Positions 58,302-64,000 of a stretch of DNA of 64,000 nt are shown one piece after another. A program made the translations under genes and the position numbers. Each line of letters begins with the position of its first letter. Positions within the stretch are counted from its first letter, which is position 1. The stretch comes from a bacterium (lineage in GTDB: Bacteria > UBA8248). The stretch lies in the NCBI GenBank assembly GCA_963692865.2, contig OY843592.1:3808001-3872000 (forward strand), written 5' to 3'. The notes beneath the pieces were generated by a model, which searched no databases, had not been told where the DNA came from, and saw nothing but the letters and a program-made list of their open reading frames with translations.

Positions 58302-58634
58302 ATGGCCATACTTCACTGGAACGACGTCGAGGAAAGACAACTGAACGACATCATCCGCGGCAGAATCGTCAAGACCGACAACGTGATGGCGTGCCGGATC
58401 ACGGCGAAGACCGGAAGCCCCATCAAAACCCACACCCACGAGTTCGACCAGATAACGCACATGATCCGGGGAAAGCTGAAGTTTCACTCGGGAGACGGGG
58501 ATTACAAAGTCGTTCAGGCGGGAGACGTCATGATCTTTCCGGCGGGAACCCCGCACGGCGGAGAAGTCCTCGAAGAAGCGGAGTACATCGACATGTTCTC
58601 GCCGCCGAATCCCGATTTTCAGTGGGATAAATAA
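58302..58634 (+). CDS. Cupin domain protein
   Basis: HTHEFDQ, GDVMIFPAGTPHG and DMFSPP motifs. Confidence 0.88.
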   Translation: MAILHWNDVEERQLNDIIRGRIVKTDNVMACRITAKTGSPIKTHTHEFDQITHMIRGKLKFHSGDGDYKVVQAGDVMIFPAGTPHGGEVLEEAEYIDMFSPPNPDFQWDK

Positions 58635-58659
58635 AAACGGGGCCTGAAACCGCCTTCCG

Positions 58660-60130
58660 TGGGGGCTGTTGAGAAACCCGGTTTCGGAAGAAGGCGCCTT
58701 TGACACTCCCTCATCGGTCGCGTCAAGCCCTCGTCCCGCTCGGTGACGGAGCTCCCCAGCACCCCCTCACCCTGAGTAGCGGCCCTTCGTCAAGCTCGGG
58801 ACAGGCTCCGCCCTCCCCATTTTCCTCACCCTGAGTAGCCGCCGAAGGCGGCGTATCGAAGGGCAATCCCGATTGAAGAATGAGGGATTGTCCCGAATCC
58901 GTAGAGAAGCAATTTTGAGTTGTGCGCGCGCTTTTGAATTTCACTCCCCCCTTGAGGGGGCTGTTGAAAAATCCGTCCCTCTCGGATCAACCACGTTTTA
59001 CCCGTAGGGGCCGTTCGCGAACGTGGGGCGTTCATCAACGCCCCGCCCCGGAGAAGAAACGGGCGCTTCACGAAGCGCCCCCACGGTCGTCTTTCAAGAG
59101 GGTGTGTAGGTCAGACATATATGTCCGACATATCATGCGGCCCGGCCTTTTCGCCCCTCCGGCGGCGGGCCGCATGATATGCGGCCCCTACACCGCCCGT
59201 ATTCGACCTCGATGGTCTTGAAGTTCACTCCCTCCTCGCGAGCAATACCGATTAACACGCAGTATGGAAACACTCCCCCCTTGAGTGGGAGTCGGCAAGA
59301 CGAGGGCGAAGCCCGAGGTCGCGCCGGTGGGGGGAGCTTTTGATTTTATCACCATGTCCCCCGCCGAATCGGCCTTCGCCAAGGCTCGGCCTCTTCGTCT
59401 GGCTTTCCCCTCGGGAAGCCAGACCCTCAAGGGGCTGTTGAAAAATCCGTCCCTCTCGGATCAACCACGTTTTACCCGTAGGGGCCGTTCGCGAACGTGG
59501 GGCGTTCATCAACGGTCCTCTCCGGTGGAAAAACGGACGCTTCCCGAAGCGTCCCTACGATCGTCATTCAAAATGGTATTGTATGTTGGACATATATGTC
59601 CGACATATCATGCGGCCCGGCCTTTTCGCCCCTCCGGCGGCGGGCCGCATGATATGCGGCCCCTACACCGCCCGTGTTCGGCCTCGATGGTCTTGAAGTT
59701 CACTCCCTCCTCGCGAGCAATACCGATTAACACGCAGTATGGAAACACTCCCCCCTTGAGGGGGAGTCAGTGAGCTAAGGGCGTAAGCCCGAAAGCGAAC
59801 TGGTGGGGGGAGCTTTTGATTTTATCACCATGTCCCCCCGCCGAATCGGCCTTCGCCAAGGCTCGGCCTCTTCGTCTGGCTTTCCCCTCGGGAAGCCAGA
59901 CCCTCAAGGGGGGAGTGAAATTCGGTGTGTTCCTTCTGTGGACTTTTTCAACAGCCCCGCATCGGTCGGGTTCGTGCCTTCGATACGCGGCTTCGCCGCT
60001 ACTCAGGATGAGGCGGAGAGGGGTTTTTCAACAGCCCCGCATCGGTCGCGATTGACCCCCGATACGGCGCGCAAGCGCGCCTGCTCGGGATGAGGGAGAT
60101 GAGAGAGGGGTGGGGCTTTTTAACAACCCC
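58660..60130. repeat. 1.5-kb REP/MITE mosaic including a tandem duplication of about 475 bp
   Basis: Units 58957-59430 and 59431-59907 both start GGGGCTGTTGAAAAATCCGTCCCTCTCGGATCAACCACG and end GCCAGACCCTCAA. Confidence 0.85.
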
Positions 60131-60195
60131 CTGCGGGACAGCTTCGGTGCCGAATGAGAAGAACCGACACTCCCCGAATCGGGAGAACCGGCACT

Positions 60196-60405
60196 CTAGC
60201 TCTTGAATCGTCTGAGATTCGTATTTTTCTTCCCGGGCTCCCTCCGGCTCATCCGCTCCAGGACAAGGCCGGCTTCGAGCGCTTGCTGGTTGAAGCGAAA
60301 CTCCTCCCAGGTGCAACGGGCCAGCAGGTGCGGGGGAAGGCCGTAGGTCTTCGCCTGAAAATGAATGACCGCCAGCAGTTCCTTGCTATACGCGCGGAAA
60401 CGCAT
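60196..60405 (-). CDS. Second (T-like) segment of the phage tail-assembly chaperone
   Basis: Overlaps the upstream chaperone ORF in the +1 frame at TTT-C; positioned after the tail tube gene. Confidence 0.55.
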   Translation of the reverse strand: MRFRAYSKELLAVIHFQAKTYGLPPHLLARCTWEEFRFNQQALEAGLVLERMSRREPGKKNTNLRRFKS

Positions 60406-60778
60406 CGCCTTCCGGCGCGCCCTCCTCTGGGGCCGGAGCCGCCGCATCGTTCTGAAGCGTCATGACGGCGGTGAATATGGCGTCGGCGTCCGCCGGGGCG
60501 AGTTCATGGATGCTCAGTTCATCGGGCAGGCAACGCCCCGGCTCCTTATCCGTCATCGAGCCGCGCTCGGGAACGAAGCAGCGCCTCAGGATGCAGTGCG
60601 CCCACTCCCCCGTAAGCGCGTATCGCTCCTCCTCTCCCGCAGCGCCGTCAGCGGCGCCCGCGAAGAGCTTCGGGTACGCCGCCATGTCCAGGAGATTCGG
60701 CGCGCGCACGAAGCCCTTGAGCCCCGAGGGCAGGGTGATGGGCCTGCGCCCATGGTTTCTGTATTCCGAAATTTCCAC
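60386..60778 (-). CDS. Putative phage tail-assembly chaperone
   Basis: Small protein directly after the tail tube gene; ITLPSG motif; GGAGG RBS. Confidence 0.6.
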   Translation of the reverse strand: MEISEYRNHGRRPITLPSGLKGFVRAPNLLDMAAYPKLFAGAADGAAGEEERYALTGEWAHCILRRCFVPERGSMTDKEPGRCLPDELSIHELAPADADAIFTAVMTLQNDAAAPAPEEGAPEGDAFPRV

Positions 60779-60850
60779 GATTCCTCCCTTTCGTTTTCGC
60801 TGAATCGAGACTTGACCAAGGTGAAGAAGCAGCCGCCTTCCAGACGGAGA

Positions 60851-61990
60851 CTAGGCGAAGACGATGGAAATCTCGTCGTCCCCCGCATTGCGCGCCAGGC
60901 GGAAAGGCGCATCGTAGGCCAGCAGGCCGTCCCGGTCCGAAAAGCCCATATCCGCGTACTGGCATTTGGGCGCGGTGATGGCGCAGACGTTCCCGGCCCT
61001 GTGGCCGACCTGCACGCTCAGGGGGAGATGCGCGCCGCTTTCCCAATCGGCGAACACGTCCTCGGTGGCCTTGAGCACGGCCTCGGGGTCGAAAGAGCCC
61101 GACGGCGCGCGGCCCGTCACCACGGCGTTCACGTGTCCGCCCGATGCGTTGGCGCTCTGGCGCAGGACAACCTCGTTGTTCATGGCGAAGCGGATGTTCG
61201 CCACGTCGAAATGGAAGCCTCCGAACGAAAAGCCGCTCATGAGGATGGGTTCGGGCGTCTGCCCGTCGTAGGACGCGCCGCCCGGGAGCGGCGCATCGCT
61301 CACCTCGAAATCGGCCGCCTCGAACTCCCAATCCACCGTGGGCACGCCGTCCAGGGGACAGTTGATGGAAAAACTCCCCATGCAGCCCAGATACATGACT
61401 TGCAAGCCGTCGATGAACGCCGTGATGCAGATTCTCGTATAGCTCGATTTGTCGGAGGCGGGCGCATAGGCGACGGAAGCGCCATCGACGACCGTCTCCT
61501 TCATCGCGCACGCCCTGAACAACAGGCCGTAATCGGGCGCGACGCCCGCGATGCCTGAGCCGCGCAACTCGGTGGCAAAGGAAATCTGCGCGGAGCGTTT
61601 TCCGGGAATCGACGGGAAAGGCGAGAGGCTCGCATCCTTCACCGCGCGCTCCAGTTGCTCCACGCCGATCTCGTGGGCGAAGTTGCCCGCCCGGAACAGT
61701 TCCGAGGCCGCCGCCGGCCGATCCAGCAAGTAGGCCGTGCCCGCGGCGGGGGCTGTGTCCCAGGCGGCGTCCACCGTGAGCGTGTCCGTGGCCGCGTCGA
61801 AATCGCTCACCTTTCTCCTTTGGCCAATGCCGACCCCCCGGATCGTGCGCAGCACCGAGCCGTTCCAGAAATCATCATCCTCCGCGAGCGCGGCGTCCAC
61901 CAGGGTGGAGGCGTCGGCGGAATCCGCCGCCAGCTCCTTCTCTTCCGTCGCGCCGATAGTCTGTCGATCCATCAATATCGTATCGCCCAT
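60851..61990 (-). CDS. Phage major tail tube protein with an inserted domain
   Basis: ISFATELRGSGIAGVAPDYGLLFRAC, YLGCMGSF, RAPSGSFDP and GDDEISI resemble siphophage tail tubes; AGGAGGAG RBS. Confidence 0.75.
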   Translation of the reverse strand: MGDTILMDRQTIGATEEKELAADSADASTLVDAALAEDDDFWNGSVLRTIRGVGIGQRRKVSDFDAATDTLTVDAAWDTAPAAGTAYLLDRPAAASELFRAGNFAHEIGVEQLERAVKDASLSPFPSIPGKRSAQISFATELRGSGIAGVAPDYGLLFRACAMKETVVDGASVAYAPASDKSSYTRICITAFIDGLQVMYLGCMGSFSINCPLDGVPTVDWEFEAADFEVSDAPLPGGASYDGQTPEPILMSGFSFGGFHFDVANIRFAMNNEVVLRQSANASGGHVNAVVTGRAPSGSFDPEAVLKATEDVFADWESGAHLPLSVQVGHRAGNVCAITAPKCQYADMGFSDRDGLLAYDAPFRLARNAGDDEISIVFA

Positions 61991-62060
61991 CCCGTGTTCT
62001 CCTCCTTCCGTTTTGAGGCGAAGGCGCATCCTTCGCCGGTTTTCATGGCCTTTTCTTCGT

Positions 62061-62594
62061 TCAATCCCGCCGAATCCGCTCTACCGCCCGAATCCGTATT
62101 TCGGCGTAATGGCAAAGCACGTTCCCGAACGTCCTCAGTTCAATCAGGTCCACCTGCGGGGGCTGAAGGCGCTCCAGGGAGGGGACGCGCGGCGCTCCCG
62201 ATTCATCGAGAAGGCGAAGCGCCCCCTCGTCCCTGAAGCGGTCGCAAATCTCCTCGATCAGATCCTGGAAGGCCAACTCGCTGCCCGCCGCGTCCTCTGC
62301 GCTCATGATGCCGAAGAGCAGGAACGTGTGGGTTCGCCTGCCGAGGCCCGACGGGAGGAAGCCGCCTGCCGCGTTCGAGCCGATGGATGCGGCCTCCTCC
62401 CCGGCTCTCTCGCGCGTCAGCACCCAGCCCCTGATTTGAGCGACGCCGCCGCCCGCCTCCCACCGGAAAAGGTCCAGATATTTCCCCAGGTCGGCCGACC
62501 AGCGCTGATGGCCGTGCACCCGGCCCGCCTCCGGTACGCTCGATATTTCCGCCAAAACGGCGTCGCCGATTTCCCTGTATCGTGATTTAGCCAC
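62061..62594 (-). CDS. Putative phage tail terminator/completion protein
   Basis: GRVHGHQR, FQDLIEEI.D.F and VLCHYAEI motifs; synteny. Confidence 0.65.
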   Translation of the reverse strand: MAKSRYREIGDAVLAEISSVPEAGRVHGHQRWSADLGKYLDLFRWEAGGGVAQIRGWVLTRERAGEEAASIGSNAAGGFLPSGLGRRTHTFLLFGIMSAEDAAGSELAFQDLIEEICDRFRDEGALRLLDESGAPRVPSLERLQPPQVDLIELRTFGNVLCHYAEIRIRAVERIRRD

Positions 62595-63096
62595 CGATTT
62601 TCCTCGCAATTTCATCCATCAGTTGACCAATGCGCCCCTCGATCCAGCCCTGGTTTTCCTCGAAGGCGCGCGTGAACATGCGGCGTTCCCGTATCCCCCG
62701 CCGGGCGATAGCGCGGGCGACGAGGAAGGCGACGCTCTCGAAATCGTCACCCCGCGACTCCAGGTTCCGGACCACCCAGAGGTGCAGGGGCGAACCCTCC
62801 CTCCAAGGCGGCATTGCGCTTCCCGGACGGCGTCCGAATTCCACGGGGTCTGCATAAGGAGCGCGCGAGGCGACAACACCGCGCAACTCGCCCGGAATAT
62901 CACCTTCGATTTCGACGAAAATGCTCCCTCGCAGATTTCCACTTGCGCCGATGGACGTTCGCGTCATTACCTCGCGCCTGAGCATTCCGGTGATCTCGGC
63001 CATCGCTTCGCGCGCGAGACGGAAAACCTCCTCTTCTTCCCGCGCGTTTGGAGGCGTTTCCGCCAGGGCTTCCAGCGTTGCGCTCCGATGATTCAC
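62587..63096 (-). CDS. HK97 gp10-like tail completion/neck protein
   Basis: SGNLRGSI, YADPVEFGRRPG and ARAIARRG..R.MF motifs. Confidence 0.75.
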   Translation of the reverse strand: MNHRSATLEALAETPPNAREEEEVFRLAREAMAEITGMLRREVMTRTSIGASGNLRGSIFVEIEGDIPGELRGVVASRAPYADPVEFGRRPGSAMPPWREGSPLHLWVVRNLESRGDDFESVAFLVARAIARRGIRERRMFTRAFEENQGWIEGRIGQLMDEIARKIGG

Positions 63097-63114
63097 GTCG
63101 TCTCTCCTCTCCGC

Positions 63115-63825
63115 CTAGCGATCCCCGGACGCGCCGTGCGTGAAGTATTCGCCGCGCCCCAGCGAGAGAAGCGCGTCCCAATCGAGAGACGCGCCGGCCG
63201 GACCCGCCACTTCGCCCTCCTTGCGGCCGAGATGGTTCTGGTATTTGCGCTCGAGCTCCCGGCCCAGGCGCGTGTATTCCGAAGACTTGCTCTGGTAGTC
63301 CACCGAATCCGCCGCGAGGGTCGGGTTCGAGGACTGGGCGAAGCGGCGGGCCAGCAGGTGGCAGCCCTCAGCGGCGGCCAGCCACGCTACGGCGGTCAGG
63401 TCGTTTTCGGGTACGCTCGTGCGCGCGTCGTCGGCCGTGTGCTTGATCGCGTAAAACAGGCGGAGCGTGTGGCCCATTTGAGGGGAGAAGTAGATGAGCC
63501 TGAACCTCGCCGCCGGGGTTCCTTTCGCATAGATGATCCAGGCGCTCCGCCGCAGGTAGGAGGGCTTTCTCTCCCCCTGGGGATATTCCACCTCCCGGAT
63601 GAAGGAGAGGGAATCGTCCCAGTCCTCCGGCAGGGGAAAATCGAAAGTTTCGCTGTCGCCCGCGTAATCGGCGAACGAGACGAGCGGCCTGTCCTTGCTG
63701 TAGCGCGTGAGCGCCGCGTTCACCAGATCGGCGTAGTCCGCCTCCTCGACCCCGAATTCCCGTGGCAGCGCGCCCGCCTTCAACAAAACCTTCACTTCCT
63801 TGATGATCGTCTGCCTGCCGGCCAT
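63115..63825 (-). CDS. Putative phage head-tail adaptor
   Basis: ALTRYSKDRP, VEYPQG and ADSVDY.SKS.EY motifs; position upstream of the gp10-like gene; GAGGAGGAG RBS. Confidence 0.65.
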   Translation of the reverse strand: MAGRQTIIKEVKVLLKAGALPREFGVEEADYADLVNAALTRYSKDRPLVSFADYAGDSETFDFPLPEDWDDSLSFIREVEYPQGERKPSYLRRSAWIIYAKGTPAARFRLIYFSPQMGHTLRLFYAIKHTADDARTSVPENDLTAVAWLAAAEGCHLLARRFAQSSNPTLAADSVDYQSKSSEYTRLGRELERKYQNHLGRKEGEVAGPAGASLDWDALLSLGRGEYFTHGASGDR

Positions 63826-63856
63826 TTTTTCTCCTCCTCCTCGTTCTCTCGCGGCT

Positions 63857-64000
63857 TCAAGTCTTGAGCGTGAGCCTGGCCTCGAACGTAAACGAAGGCT
63901 CCTGCCCGCCGACGGACCACGCGAGCCGGAGCCAGGGGCCGACGTTCGCGAGCTTGACGAGGGTCTTGCCGGCCGAGGTGATTTGGGCAGGCCTGGTATG
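63857..64000 (-). CDS. Partial small virion protein (3' end; runs off the window)
   Basis: Translates ...GPWLRLAWSVGGQEPSFTFEARLTLKT*. Confidence 0.55.
   Translation of the reverse strand, partial: HTRPAQITSAGKTLVKLANVGPWLRLAWSVGGQEPSFTFEARLTLKT

Noticed and set aside
58660-60130. Possible CRISPR array in the repeat clusters
   Set aside because: No constant repeat with regular unique spacers and no cas genes; the repeats are nested palindromes.

Overview
High-GC bacterial chromosome segment, probably from a diderm (porin, Tat and Sec exports). The left end has a tyrosine integrase with paired upstream direct repeats. Next to it is a complete 3375-bp IS66-family element (26-bp perfect TIRs, 8-bp TSD) that carries a DUF4338/DruA-like gene. 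The middle is metabolic: a porin, a DUF1302-DUF1329-YCF48-MMPL uptake cluster, a CUT1 ABC transporter, LLM oxidoreductases, an aldolase/FAH/LeuCD-like set, hemE-hemH-hemY, tRNA-Cys, glgX with a frameshifted glgB, tarD, a sulfite oxidase, higBA, an amidase, aroE and a CoA-transferase. A complete F420 biosynthesis operon follows (cofG, cofH, frhB-like, nitroreductase, cofD, cofC, cofE). The right end is a phage head-tail module that stops after the tail-assembly chaperone, with no tape-measure gene. Six intergenic regions are nested mosaics of REP-like hairpins and a GGGGCTGTTGAAAAA-ended MITE. Three small cargo units each sit between duplicated ends of a neighbouring host gene. All product calls come from motif recognition by eye; no database search was run.
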